The notes beneath the pieces were generated by a model. It saw only the letters and a list, made by a program, of their open reading frames with translations. It did not search any database and had not been told where the DNA came from. Below, in pieces: positions 50,023 to 62,993 of a stretch of DNA of 64,000 bases. Numbering within the stretch: position 1 is the stretch's first letter; every line of letters starts with the position of its first letter. The position numbers and the translations under genes are program-made. The DNA comes from Takakia lepidozioides. Its lineage: Eukaryota; Plantae; Bryophyta. Where the stretch lies: NCBI GenBank assembly GCA_030704615.1, contig CM060731.1, positions 86,862,001-86,926,000 on the forward strand, read 5' to 3'.

Positions 50023-50451
50023 CGTCCACCAGCAATCGAAAGAATCACTCGGGACGGGAAATCTGGAACCTGAATGGGTTGCATTGTTCCGAAACAACAC
50101 AATTGCGGCCAGTCTTGATGAGCACAACTTGGTTGTCTGACCGTTTTAACTAACAGTACTGGCACTTGTCAGTGCGAACGTTCCTGTCTGCACCGAGAAT
50201 ACTGCTGGATCCACCCTCAGGAGAAACTGTCAGGAGATGTTATTTCGTCGCCGAATTGGCCATCATTGTCATACTTCTGGCTATGGAATCAAACCTCCCA
50301 ACTTCATGCATGTAGCTTGAAACAATACTTTCCACTTCAATGTGCGACTTCCAATCGTCGATGGACTCCGCAAATCCACTTAGATGGTGCCTGTGAGCCT
50401 TGGTCTGTCGCTATACTGAACCTCGCACTTGCCAACTCCGTGCGGTGTTCG

Positions 50452-52001
50452 ATGGCTCCGAATTCCTACGCTATAGTTTGCTGTCCTCCGCAACTTGGGA
50501 GAGCCTGGATCCCAAACGAGGGAGGACTTTGCAGAGTGACTGAAACTTACCTTTGTTCCAAATTCAAGCTCAAACCGGGCACAGTTTATTTGGAAGAAGA
50601 AAGGAAGGATGTTCCTGGACAGGTTGACGAGACCATTGTCGTGCTAGGTAACGACGGAGGTTGCGGAATCGAATGGCACGTTCCCCCGTCAGACACCATC
50701 TTGTACCGAGCTGTGGGAATGCCCATTCCCTTTCCGAATCAGTCGCTGCCCACACCATCCACAAAGGAGTCCGGAAACCGAGAAAAGGCCACTGCCAACA
50801 GAGAGGTATGCAACGATAATCATTCCCGACCTGGACCGTCAAGACCCTCCATAGCTTCTCGTGTGGACGTATTCGACATTTCCGACGAGGAAGATGATTG
50901 CATTGAGGTACCCATGTCCTCCACACGGTCGTTCAAATCCGGCATGGACGTCTCTGTCGGTGCTACGAATGTGCCCTCGAGCATAACTCCAACCCGGTCC
51001 ATTGTGCAGCTCCTACGACAACATCACCTCGATGGTTCTCGCTCCGAGCTGGCTGCTCTCGACTATGCCAAATTCCCAGTCAGAAAGGTAACTTTTCTGC
51101 TTCCCAAGTCGATGGCAATGTCATCTTCGAGTTTCCACCTGTTTCTTCGTCAAAGAAAGCCTCCGGGATGTTAACAGACATGGATCGAAAGCATGACGGA
51201 CACCCCTGGTGTGTGACGAAGACCAGTAGCACGAAAATTGCTGATGGTGTTCGTGTACGATATGTCCTCTATGCGGGGAAGCTGAGGTGCCTCAATCCCA
51301 CCTGCTTTCACTTTCTCTCCAAAGGAGGGCGGAGAAACGAGACGGATTGGACTGGCACAACGCATCATCCATTCATTGTCTCCAGCCAAGCTCCTGCGGG
51401 TTCTTTCAAGTGTGCACATTGCAAAGAACCACCGACGTGCATGTCCATGTGCAGAGCCAAGCAATATTACGTAATCCATTTGCTCCCGGACTTGACTAGA
51501 GCTTGCATACACGTTGGGGTCCACTGCCACCCCTTGGCGAGAGGCAACATGCGTGAGGCTGTGCAGGAAGCACACGACATCATAAAAGAGGAGGTGAAAT
51601 TGAGCCCCGGAGCCAGACCAAAGCAGATTCAGCTGAAGGCAGCCCACAAGATTGCTCTTGGCAAAATCATGTCTGAAGATGGTTCCGACCGAGAGCCCTT
51701 GACCGAAGACGAGATGCGTGACCTCTTGGAGTCCGTCTCGCACGTTTGTAGTCCGAATGTGCGGAATCACATCGTATCTTGCAAGCAGGAGTTCGGCAGG
51801 GGGTCGGACATGACTCAATCCTGGAGGTGAAACGAATGACTGGATATGACTACATCCAAGGTAGCAGGTTTCCAGGGCAAGGCAGCGAATCCGATCGTTG
51901 TTACATTTTCAAAATGTCGACGTGTGGGCCTGGGAGTGGAGTCGACTTGGTCACTCGCATGACAACTGGAAACTTGTCGAATGCTTGGGTGATGTTTGAT
52001 C
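50452..52001 (+). pseudogene. MULE transposase N-terminal half (GCM/WRKY-like Zn finger to first catalytic Asp)
   Basis: MAPNSYAIVCCPP... is homologous to copy 1; HDGHPWCVTKTS...KLRCLNPTC...CAHCKEPPTCMSMC...CIHVGVHCHP; frameshifts near 51105 and 51815; breaks after WVMFD. Confidence 0.88.
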
Positions 52002-52039
52002 TCGACGGGACAAACCATCAATGCTATAGCTTTGAAGCT

Positions 52040-55000
52040 ATGGAGGAACTAACAGACTATACGCTCGCAATATTACTTACGCAGTGGCATAGGGACGAAA
52101 CAACAGAGCCGATCTTTTCTCTTGAGCGATGCTTGCAAGCCCCGCAGGCTTACAAGAAATTACCCATAGCTTTTTGTGGCAACCATACGTTTATGCTTTG
52201 TGCACTACAGGCATTTCTTCAGTTGTTACAGCCAAAACATTTCTGTGGGTCTAGAATGAAGAGAGTGAGAGGAATGGAGGAAATCTTGCAGAAACAAACG
52301 ATTGTTACTCCACAGGCGGTACAGTTACTGAAGGAGTTGCGATTGCAAGGATTGCAAAGCAAAGATTGGACATTGCACCATAGACAGTACATGTTACAAT
52401 TCTTGCAGAACTTTGAGCCAAGGACAGGAGCAACAACGGTGAAAGGAGTTGAATTAGTAATTACTCCCCTATACCTACAACAATTGTTTCGATTGCCAGC
52501 AGGTCAAGTGCATGTGGAGGAGCACAGGGCAAGACTGCAAATAGGGGACTTATTCCAAGAAGGGAGTTTCTTTAAAACTCAGGGTTATGCTTGTACCAAG
52601 GCCGTGTACCCAGGGCTAAAGGAGGTAGGCCAGATATTGAACGTTCTGTTTGCCATGAAACAGAACCAACAGTATTTGAGCAGATCCTTCACAGAGGAAA
52701 TACTCAAAGCCCTGAGAGGAGAAGAGGTAGAATGGGCGGACATAATGTACAACACACTGGTAGAGGAGATGAAAAGATTACAGGGTACTGCCGCAAAGTC
52801 TCCTATCATAGTGTCTGGCCCAATCATTGCTCAAATAATTATTGATTCTGGCATACTTGATGCGCGAGAAAGAAAGGAGATGGGAGTGTTTGAGCCAGAA
52901 ACCACTGCAATGGAAGAGCAAGGCTCTTCACACAGTGAGGGTGGACTGGCAGGGCAACCCGAGAATAAGAGACAGAGGCGGGGAAAGACTGTAGTGGCGG
53001 ATCCACTGGCTTCACGGAATCCGCATGATAATGTTTCCCAAGTTTTTGTGCAGGAAGGGGCACAGCAGCACAGAGAACTGCTATTACTGGAAGCAGGACC
53101 TTCAGAGAGGGAAGAGGAAGTTACTTCAGTATCACAGCCATCATAGCCAGAGGATCGGCTTGTCACAGGGTTACCACGAGTTGTCCATGCAGTTCAACCA
53201 GAAATAATTGATTTAGAAAAAGAAGGGTTAGATATTCCCACTACAGAACAGGTGGTGGCAAAAATTGAGAAGGGGGACCTTCTCTATGAATATTCTGGTA
53301 TGGTCAAGGACACAGTGATTCCGGAGGTGCAACAATTGTCCAGGGGAAACCCTGCGGTGCATATAATACACACACCTGTGACGGAGGTACCACATGTAGA
53401 ATGTCAAGACACTATAGCACCGGTGACGGATGAAGTGGTTCAGGAAGAAAATCTGGTGGGGCAATGGCCTGAATGGTTCGTAAGGCATCACACTATTGAG
53501 GATCAGGGAGAACAGCAGCAAGCTCACCAAGATGACCCTCAACAGGCTATGCTTATGAGTTCCATAAGCAGGACACTGAATTTGTTGGGTACTTATGTCA
53601 AATCCCATGTTCCCATTACTCAATTGGCAGCTTTGAGGGAGGAACTCAGGAAAGAGTTTGAGGCTCGACTTGCCACAGAGTGTGCAAACAAGGTCGATGA
53701 AGAGGTCACTCTCAAAATGCAGCAAGACTTGGAGAGTACAGAAGCGGCTTTGCAATTGGCCAAGGAACAATTGATTGAGGCAGGCCTCGCACAAGACCAC
53801 TTGCACGAAGAACATAAGCAACAGCTATACCAAATGCAGGTGAAGCATGAAAGCAAGTTGCAAGAAGTGAATGCACTACATATGGAGTTGCAGACAGTGC
53901 ATGACATGATGGCCATACAATGTGCTACACTCACAACTATGCTTGACCAATCTATAAAAGAAATAAACAGTCAAGCGGAAAAATGTACGAAGGCAGAGGA
54001 AGAGAATGTTGAGCAAATGAAACTCATTGTCGATATGAAGAATACAATCTGTCGCAATGAGGATACTTTCAAGCAATACAGGCTGGTTGAAGCTGACCAA
54101 GAGAGGCACATCCTGGAGTTGCAACAAACGGTCATGGCCAATAGAAATGAAATCTCGGTCGCTAACAGAGCTTGGAAGGAAGCCAATAATCTGCTTGCTG
54201 CCTATGCGAATTTGGTTGAACCTCATGCGAAGCGCATGGAGGCTTTACAACAGCAGTTAGATGTGTACAAATTCAGAGAAGAGCACACTCTCAGAGGAAC
54301 CACAAGCAACTTGGTGGATAACCACCTTATGCAGGTCTGGTTAGCACAAGGGCTAGTGGAGGGCAAAGCACCACGAAAGCTCACCCAAAGCGAGATGAAT
54401 GAGCTCAGACTGCAAGTGCAGAACATTGCCACAACTACTTTAGACAATGTCTATAGTAGGATAGCGGAGTTACAGGAGGATGTAGACGGTCTGCAGACTC
54501 AAGTGGAGGACCTCACTTCAAATATAGACAAAAGAGTCTATATACTAGAGGAACAGCTAATGGCTTCTTATTTACAAGCCAGAACTTTGGCTTTTCAGTC
54601 TTCTTCACCGGAGATGCAGGAGATGCCAATGATACAAGAGCCAGTGCCACCAACACCACAACAAGTCACTGTGCCAGTAGCTGACCCTGTTGTTACTATA
54701 GCCACACCACAGCCACCACAGCGTGAGGTATGGGGAAATGTTGCTTTTAACCCACCTAAAACTCCAGCTGCAAGAGAGTACAGTAGGGCTATGATTATGC
54801 CCTTCAACCAAATTCCCATTGTGTTGGATTTGGTTTGGAAAGAATTTAGTCCTCCGCAGTCATTGGCACAATACTATCAAATCATGCGCATATGGCTGCC
54901 AGTGGCAACTAGGACTAAAGTTCTTCCGAACAATCGACCAATTGAGGATCATCACTTTGCACAGTATTGGCATGAGGCAGGTACCATGTTGAAGGAATTA

Positions 55001-55749
55001 ATTGCCTTCCAAGTTGTACATGGATTCATTTATACCAAGACCAAGGAGGTAGCAAGTATTGTCATGGGATGCGGGTTATACTACGCTGCTTGTTTTCTGG
55101 TACGTTATCACATTGAGCAGCACAAGATGCAATCGCGCTTTCTGAGTTATTCCAGTGGGGATCATTGGGTCTTACCTTCAGTGCCACCTCATATGTACCT
55201 ATATGAGGCAAAAGTTATGATGCAAAAGATTCTTAAATTTGTTCATGGTTTCATGCGGCCTGGAACAATTTGTCAACACAGAAATTCGGCATTGATGATA
55301 TTTTCTATAAGGGACATGTGGCATGGAAATACTTGCACAATTCACAAGTCATTGGTACCCCACTCACCTGGGCAGACAAGGAGCTCAGGGTCTTCACCAA
55401 TTTTGCCATTCAGCGTTTACAGCAAGTTTTAAAATATAAACTTCCAGACATGGTAGGACAACATTTTATGCCCCAAAGGATTCCACAAAAAGTTCGACAA
55501 TTAAAACACCTGAGAGGCGATGAGGATTCTGATACAACTGTTTCTTCAGCGGACTCTTTTGACATGGGAGAAGACTATGCAATTCAAATGGCAGAGAAGA
55601 AGCGACGGGGGTCTCCTATGCCTGAAAGGTTACCTCGATATCAGCCTCCAGAGGGCCTCACATATCCAGGTAGTGTTCAATCATCTCCGTCAACCAGTGA
55701 CAGACCTCGGGCTCGTACACACAGTCCGCCACGAAACTCTCAACGTTAG
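52040..55749 (+). pseudogene. Large 3' extra ORF (~1200 codons) of the gypsy family, coiled-coil rich
   Basis: ORFs 51779-53146 and 53252-55432 share a frame separated by one TAG; probable frameshift into 55270-55749; long Q/E/L heptad region; start uncertain. Confidence 0.75.
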
Positions 55750-55812
55750 AAAGGTGCTCGCTCACAAAGGTTTGCTAATCCCAATCAGTAAACCGTGAGG
55801 ACGCGGCTTTTT

Positions 55813-55826
55813 GAGAGGGGAAGGGG
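55813..55826 (+). other. Polypurine tract
   Basis: GAGAGGGGAAGGGG three bases upstream of the LTR start TGTTAG. Confidence 0.88.
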
Positions 55827-55829
55827 TAA

Positions 55830-56792
55830 TGTTAGAGGACTGTCTGGGACTTAGACACTTATACAGGATCTGTGGGGTACCCTTAATTTTTGCACAGACT
55901 GAGACCAACAGGAGCCTTAGGGGTGACAGCAGCGCACTTTAGGGGGGGTTACACAGCCCGTCACGGTCCGACACAGCCCATCACAGCCAACACAGCCAGT
56001 CACAGCCCGACACAGCCGGTCACAGTTTCACACAGCCGGTCACAGCTTGACACAGCTGTCACGACCATAGGGAACGGATAGCAAGACAGGGAACGACTGT
56101 GGGGAACAACACCTGCGAAGGGAACATGTTAGTTCACGGATGACAGTTAGTGAGGGAAACGGTTAGAACAACGGGTAGGAAGATAAAGCTAGGAGCAAGG
56201 ACTGGAAAAGGATCAATTCTTGGATCACTTCTGGGGGAATCACTGCTGGAAGGAGTGGGAGGAGCACTTCTTGGGGAATCACTGCTGAAAGGAGTGGGAG
56301 GAGCACTTTTTGGGGGGACTTCGGACATCACTGGGGGAAATGAGGAAAGAGCGTATCTCTGAGCAGAAAGAGGGAGAGCCCGGAGTAGGAGGAGGATCTG
56401 TTGATGCTTAATGAATGCAGGCAGTAGAATTGTAATGTAGAGCAGATTAGAGACTCCATGGCTTCAGCCTGATACTTGATAGATATTAATCTGATACTCA
56501 CTTCATACTCACACTATGTAGAGAGATCTGAGTGAAGCTGTGGAATGAATGGATGAGTTGATGGAATCCGATAGATTGATGAAGCAAACTGATACTTAAT
56601 TACCAACAGTAAGGTAACTAGCTAACATGAATGCGGGAAGGAAAACAAATAGGAAACACCCCCATGATACACTAGCTGTAGGTCATGACTGATTGTTCTG
56701 AGCGGGCTGAGTACTTAGAGATTTCCAACTCTTCTATCTTGGAGTTTCCGCCTCGGATAGCGAAGGGATGGGTGAGTAAAAGCCGCGCGACA
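55830..56792 (+). repeat. 3' LTR of gypsy copy C
   Basis: TGTTAGAGG...GCGCGACA; homologous to 11575-12583; ~36-bp tandem repeat at ~56225-56330. Confidence 0.92.
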
Positions 56793-57266
56793 TGGGTTAA
56801 AAGAAGCATCACCCCAAACCTCAAACAGTGATTGCTGCAGTGCCATGGTATCAACACTGTCGACCTGGTGTGGCTGCTGTGATGTTGTTGCCACAGTCCC
56901 TCCTGATGTTGGCAAGTCCTGCATTTCCTATGCTGAATATTGGAAAATCAAAGTCATTGCCTACAAATAAGTAGCCATGAGCTGTTCCTCAGGAACAAAG
57001 GCCCTTTTCTCAATGTTGAAGCTCAAGTCATCTTTTTGAGTCTGAAGCCCTTCCACATCCTCCTGCAACTCAGCTATCCGACTATAGACATTGTCTATAG
57101 TGGTTGTGGCAATGTTCTGCACCCGTAACCTGAGATCATTCATCTCGTCTTGGGTGAGCTTCCTTGGTGCTTTCCCCTCCACTGGCCCTTGTGTTAACCA
57201 TTCTTGCAAAAGATGATTATCCACCAAGTCCTGTGTAACACCACGGAGATCCTGCTCCTCCTTGAG
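56793..57266 (-). pseudogene. Continuation of the gypsy copy B extra ORF (inverted)
   Basis: LKEEQDLRGVTQDLVDNHLLQEWL follows on from QQQLETYRLKE at 39581 and matches copy C FREEHTLRGTTSNLVDNHLMQVWL. Confidence 0.88.
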
Positions 57267-60083
57267 GAGGTTTACTATTTCATGAGCAGAAACCATGAGC
57301 CATGAGCCATGAGCCGCATGAGCGGTGAGCGGAAGTCTAAGATACGCGGATTTCATGAGCGGACTCCTCCAAATTTGGAAATGCGGCAGATTAAACAAGT
57401 ATTAAAATAATAGTTTTTTTATTTGACCTTGCCGTTTTTGGACGTTCCAGATCATGTAATGCGGCGAAGATATGTCGTCAGTAACAAGTCCGCTCATGGT
57501 TTTTTAGATCCGCTCATGGAAATAAGTGACCGTGCAACGGGAAATCCAGTATACCACTGCAAAAGGATGTCGCATACTGGCCTGTATAGAGTATTCCGCG
57601 GTTTTACATGCCTTAACATTGGAATGAAGCTGACCCTTTTGCCGCGATTGAACCAATGGAGTCTGCACCAATACAGTCTGCAGTACTTCACAATTCTGTC
57701 TTCTTCGGGTATTCGGCGGGAAAGGTTTGCAACTGAACTGGGAAATAAGGTGCCGCATTAGGGTTCGCACGTGCGAAATTTCGGAGCGGTTTGGTGTTGG
57801 CAAAGGCCGCCTCTGCCAGTACCTACGACGATACTTGGAAATGCGGCGCCGCATTTCCTTGTCGGAGGTCGAATGAGGAAAGCAAGTTTTCGGAAAGCAG
57901 AAAAACATGAACCCTCCAACATACAAAAATACATGCACGTGGAAGCAAGTGAACGATATAGTAATATCTTAGTTCGAGCAAAACAGGTTACTGGTAGGCA
58001 AGACATATGTCGGACCTTTCTGTGGCCAGAGTCTGAGGTACTGGCAGCAGTACAGTTCTACTATCCGAAAAGGATGGGTGTACCATTGTATTGGGACCGC
58101 AAGCCAAGCTCACTGGTCCCCTGGATCCATATTCAGAAGAGTGTGAACCTCCTGGGGGCTCAACCCTGGTGCATGTATGAAGTGATGAGTTGTGGAATTA
58201 CAACGGAGTCTCTTTAGGTACACGTAGTACAAATGCTTGCAAGGGCAGTATGATGCCCCCTTGTTCGCCATGATCTGGAAGTCGGTGCAATTGCAGGTGG
58301 GTAATTCTGAAATGGTGATGGTGTACACCTCATTGCGAACAGTTGAGCCCGCCGTGGCCATCTGATACACACGCCCGAATCCTGGTGGGGGCGCTTCTGT
58401 CGAGCTCTGGATTGTACAGTTCATCCGAAGTGCATTCCCCATCCTTGTCTCGTTCACTTTTGAGGGAGGTCGCCGCCTCTTCGGTTTCCCCCAACGGTGT
58501 GTAGGATGCTTAGAGCTGTCGTGTCCCATTGTTCTTGCTCTCACAAGGGTCGGTGGTGGAGGCTGTGGAAGCGGAAATGGTTCTCTGGGGACGTCAGTGC
58601 GCTGCACCATCCGAAATCCTGCGGCGGTAAGGGCGTCGGCCTCAACCTGACTCAGATCGCAGCCTGGTTCCACCGGCCACACCGGGGGAGCCTCTGGCAT
58701 TGTTTGTATGCCGTACTTGGGCTTTCCATACACGCAAGTCATAATGTCGTGCCTGCAGAACCAGAACTGGGTGGTTGTTGCCTCCGCAAACTTTGCATGG
58801 ACAAATCTTCCTGTAAAAGTAGGAGCAGGGACAGCCCCATCTGGATTCCTCCTTATCATCTCTAAACAACGTTGCCGTGTATCCACACGAATTGCGGAAC
58901 ACCTTCCTCGAAACGACGGCTTTGTGCGAGCAATTCTCCACTGTGATGCAGACACAGTCGTCTCCACAATGGCTTGGCCATACTGCATAACAGCGGGCGG
59001 AATGTGGGGCAAGGGAGCGGTGGGAATTTTTTGCACGAAATCCCCGGTTGAAGGCGACGGCGATCTGGAATTTCTTGGGCTTCCACTGCTGGAAGACACA
59101 TTGTGCGGCAACATGACGGGACCTCGAGGTGCTGTTCGAATGTTCCTGTCGGATCTCCAGGAATCCTCTTCGCACCCGGGTTCTTCTTCAATCCTCCGCC
59201 TGACAGGGCGAGTCCGGACGTCCCCCTCTAGGTGTTCACCTCTGCGGTGCAGAGGCGTCCCTTTGATCTTCTCTCGCAATGCTGTCGCCCATTTCACTGG
59301 ATTCTTGGACCTCGAAGCTGTTCGTACCAACAATTCCTCCCTGTCCGGCCCAAAGCCCCATTGTTTGCCGCTCAGGAACTTGTAGTACGTGGCTTGCTGC
59401 ATGATTGCTCTGTCGATGTCCTCCGTTGTGGCCGTCACTACGTCCACCAGATGTGCGGCAGAAGACGCTCGCCAGGAGGAGTGGATTGATTCTGCCATAT
59501 TCGTGTTCGGCATGTCCGTGTCGGAATCCAAGCACCGCTCCTAGAAGGACACAAACAATGGTGAGGGACCAATCGAAATGTCCGTAACATAAAGACAAAT
59601 GAACGAAATTGACAGCAGCCTACCTCCCGCATGTACTGTCCGAACTGTCGATACCGAAAATGCCACCACCCCAACCAGCTGTGCAATGCTCCCAGATTGG
59701 TTGTCTCCACTGCACCTGACGTGTTCCACCAAGCCTCGATGACAACAAACTTAACCTCCGCGTCATCAAATGTGGGTGCATCCTTCCACGCCGTACAAAG
59801 GACACGGTGTTCAGCCTGGAATGAGCTAGCAACAAATTTGGTAGTGTAGTGGGATAGACTCTGCATCCAATGGAATCCACAGGATCTCTCTTTCCCCTCC
59901 ATTGGAACATTGGGGTCCTCACCGTACACACGCCGCACCGCTGCCCAGTTGGCCTGAGCGTTGTCTGCCATGAATCCCCTGAAATTGGGCTCTGGCAATC
60001 CCGCCCTTGCCATCTGCTGGTTTATGCCCTCCCACAGATGCATTTCGGACTGTGTGTCCTCCCCTTTCATCTCGCAGATTGCA
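57267..60083 (-). mobile_element. Mutator-like element copy 4, right 2.8 kb (inverted)
   Basis: Terminus GAGGTTTACTATTTCATGAGC at 57267 preceded by CTCCTTGAG (reverse complement of the TSD); subfamily-2 palindrome at ~57837. Confidence 0.9.
58110..60083 (-). pseudogene. MULE transposase C-terminal half (DDE core and SWIM finger), two exons
   Basis: FMADNAQA and SCGFHW; intron 59623-59541; next exon has TNMAESIHSSW (catalytic Glu) and SWIM TCNCTDF...CPCKHLYYV. Confidence 0.9.
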
Positions 60084-60439
60084 CAAATGTTGTGCTTCCT
60101 ATTTTGTTTGGAATGGTGATGCATGGTATGGTTGGCTAGTGTGTAGAATGCATGCTAACTTACAAAAGTGGGAGAGGTAAATTGGATTAATCGTGTGTTT
60201 GCACAGTGCCGAAATTGGGTGACTCCCATCCAAGGGGCAAGGAAATTTGCGCCTTCTTTGGGAGTTCACGTGCTAGTGCGCACCTGGCGCGTGCGCGTAC
60301 TATAACTGCACTACCGAGGGGGTTGTCTTATAGTGCGGGCTAACCCGGAAGCTACGTGCTTCCGTTCACGTACTACAATCGTGTAACCTTGGGACGAAGT
60401 TGTAGTGCGGCTTCGGCGTGTTCTCGTACCTCAGGCCAG

Positions 60440-60722
60440 CATTCCAAGGCATAGTGGCGCTCAAGGCAATGCACCACCGTCTTCATTTCTTTCTCGTGCG
60501 TAGGCATCGTCGCTCCACTTCATTCACTTTCTTACTTACATAAGCCACTGGACGTCCATCCTGCATGAGCGCACCCCCAATTGCGAAGTCTGACGCATCT
60601 GTATGAATCTCAAATGGACGGTCGAACTCCGGGATTTTCAGGACTGGAGCTTCCACCATCCGCTGTTTCAACTCGGCAAAAGCTTGGCCACAAAAGGTGT
60701 TCCATACCCATACCTTGGACTT
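60440..60722 (-). pseudogene. RNase H fragment of a different gypsy family
   Basis: APVLKIPEFDRPFEIHTDASDFAIGGALMQDGRPVAYVSKK. Confidence 0.85.
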
Positions 60723-61943
60723 ACACAGAAGGTCTGACAGTGTTACTCAGAACGACGCCGACTCTTGCGCTTAATTTCCCTCCAATTTCTTGATCCCTTC
60801 TCTGGCTTTCTATTGGCTGTAACCGCTGTGACTGGATTTTAGATTTAATTTTCTTTAGTGGACTTTCCCTGTTCGACTGTCCACTAGGATAACACATGTG
60901 ACAAGAATTTCGCTTTTCTGTACTTGCCGTTTGTTCTGTTGCCCCTTTTCTGTATTCATTAATGGGCCCGCCATTCATCCAATTTGACGCGCTGATTAGG
61001 TGATCGGGTAATAGATCTGCCTCGTTGTCCAAGGCCCCGACCAATTGAGCGGTCACTTGGCAAAGGGTGGGTCCCGCAAGAGCAAGAGCCATATCTGAGT
61101 CAAGAAAAATGAGCAATAATGAGCAAAGGTGACCTTCACAGCAGGTAGAAGAGACATGGTAACCCAGTACAACAGGTGAAAAGTGATTACCGATATCGGC
61201 CATGAACTCTGGCGCCAAATTCCCAGGTATTGCGCTCACCGATGTCGGTCACCGATATTTGGGCGCCGGCCAAAATTAAGGCATGGAAGCAAGTAGTCAT
61301 TTTTGTCATCTAGTGCCAACTTGGGCGATGGCCGATACATGGAAGTTGGCCCTTACTCCCTGCTTTGGTTTCCTCATTCTCTATGTCGTTTTGTGTTCTC
61401 TAGTCGAGAGAAAGTTTTTCATCGATTGTGGTCCTTAGACAGGGCTCCATGTCATCCTCCTGAGGTTGCACCGGCCCCTTGGTTAGGGTGACGGCTCGCG
61501 TGAACTCGGCTTCTCATATGTCAAGGTTTTAGTCATGGTTAACTAGAATTTTCTATTTACACTTAAGTAGGATATTTTGTATATTTATATTTGTATCTTG
61601 TTATTGGAACTTCATTGTTTCCATATGTCAAGTGAGGTGACAAATCTCTCTTGAGATGTGGGATAGGTTTTCTCAACGTGAAGGTTGGGAATGTTCAGCT
61701 TTTTCTAGGTGAGCCTTTCGAGGCCTCTTTCATCTCCATAGCAATTCTTGAGCGGGAGTGTGTGTGAGGTTTTTATGGTGGATTCCTATATGGTGGCTTG
61801 AATATTATTGAGTGATAGAGTAAGATTTTATTTGGCAGGGTTTATGTTTGCTCTTTAGTGTGATATGGTTTCATGCTAAGAGGGTTTCCATTACATTCTA
61901 CTTCTCTCATCCCACTTGCATTATCCATTGGAAACAAATCAAA

Positions 61944-62216
61944 GGCCAAGGGGTGGCTATGGACCCCAACGTGTATGCAAGCTCTTGTCAGGTCTGGGAA
62001 CCGACTATCGACATAATAATGCTTGGCTTTGCACGTGGACATGCATGTTGGTGGAGCTTTGCAATCGGCGCACTTGAAAGTACCCGAAGGAACCTGGCTA
62101 GAGACAAAGAACGGCTGAAATGATGTGCCCGTCCAATCCGTCTCGTTTCTTCGCCCCCCTTTCGAGACAAAGTGGAAGCAGGTGGGATTCAGGCACCTCA
62201 GCTTCCCCGCGCAGAG
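61944..62216 (-). pseudogene. MULE transposase fragment (Zn finger) from a further family member
   Basis: CAGKLRCLNPTCFHF...CIHVGVHSHPLA, similar but not identical to ~51270-51540. Confidence 0.88.
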
Positions 62217-62700
62217 GCCAGCCATTGAGCGCGCAATGGTGACATCTGGATTTGTCTTGTTAGGCAACCAAGATGGCATTTTCTGCTTGAGTGGACCGGC
62301 AAGCAAGGGGTACCGGCCACTGCGGGTCTTGTTGGACTCGGGAGCTCAGCCACTGATGCTGGGTAGAGCTGCTATTGCATGTTTGGGCCTCACAGAGGCG
62401 GACATGGAGCCTTGTCCTTTCCAGATATAGACATCTCTGGGAGGATCAGAGCAGGCTCGGGGCATGACACGGCGGGAGTTGGCCATTAGTTGCTACAGCC
62501 GGATCACCCTACAGATGGTCAGTAACCAAGGCCATTTGTGACAGATGCGGTCTCTTACGATGTCATAGTTGGTGGGGCAGTGTTGTACCCCATGGGTTTA
62601 TCCTGGATTTTTGGGAGGAGTCAGCCTCCTATAGGCCTGGATGGCAGTCAGGGGAAGGTCGTCATATGCAACTCCCTGTGACATCATTGGGGGTGTTGCT
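62217..62700 (+). pseudogene. Retropepsin-like aspartic protease fragment
   Basis: RVLLDSGAQPLMLG followed later by YDVIVGG; stops and frameshifts. Confidence 0.7.
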
Positions 62701-62731
62701 GCTGCCCAGCGGGGCAAGATGCCGACACTAG

Positions 62732-62993
62732 GAGGTTGTGTAGGAAGCACATGACATCATAAAAGAAGAGGTCAAACTGAGCCCCGGAGCGAGGCCAAAG
62801 CAGATTCAGCTGAAGGCAACCCACGAGATTGCTCTGGGGAAAATTATGTCTGAAGATGGGAAGGACCGAGTGCCCTTGGACGAGAGGGAGATGGTCGACC
62901 TCTTGGAGTCTGTCTCGCATGTTTGCAGCCCCAATGTCAGGAATCACATTGTATCTTGCAAGCAACAATTCGGCCGGGGGTCGGACATGCACT
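62732..62993 (+). pseudogene. MULE transposase fragment continuing 61944-62216 in opposite orientation
   Basis: EAHDIIKEEVKLSPGARPKQIQLKA...SCKQQFGRGSDMH. Confidence 0.88.

Larger units (their letters stand above)
39582..52001 (+). mobile_element. Mutator-like element copy 4 (subfamily 2, complete-type), left 12.4 kb
   Basis: Starts GGGGGCTGCTATTTCATGAGCC after TSD CTCAAGGAG (39573-39581); the partner end and the same TSD occur inverted at 57258-57287. Confidence 0.9.
52002..56792 (+). mobile_element. Ty3/gypsy copy C (3' part: extra ORF, PPT, 3' LTR)
   Basis: Same LTR family as copy A; the LTR end abuts the extra ORF of copy B in opposite orientation, so C inserted into B. Confidence 0.88.

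Noticed and set aside
51779-53146. 455-aa ORF as a single gene
   Set aside because: Chimera across the inversion breakpoint: MULE transposase up to VMFD fused to the gypsy extra ORF.
11575-56792. The two LTRs as ends of one giant element
   Set aside because: They are in opposite orientation, visibly diverged, and the flanks (ACAGT versus TGGGT) are not a TSD.
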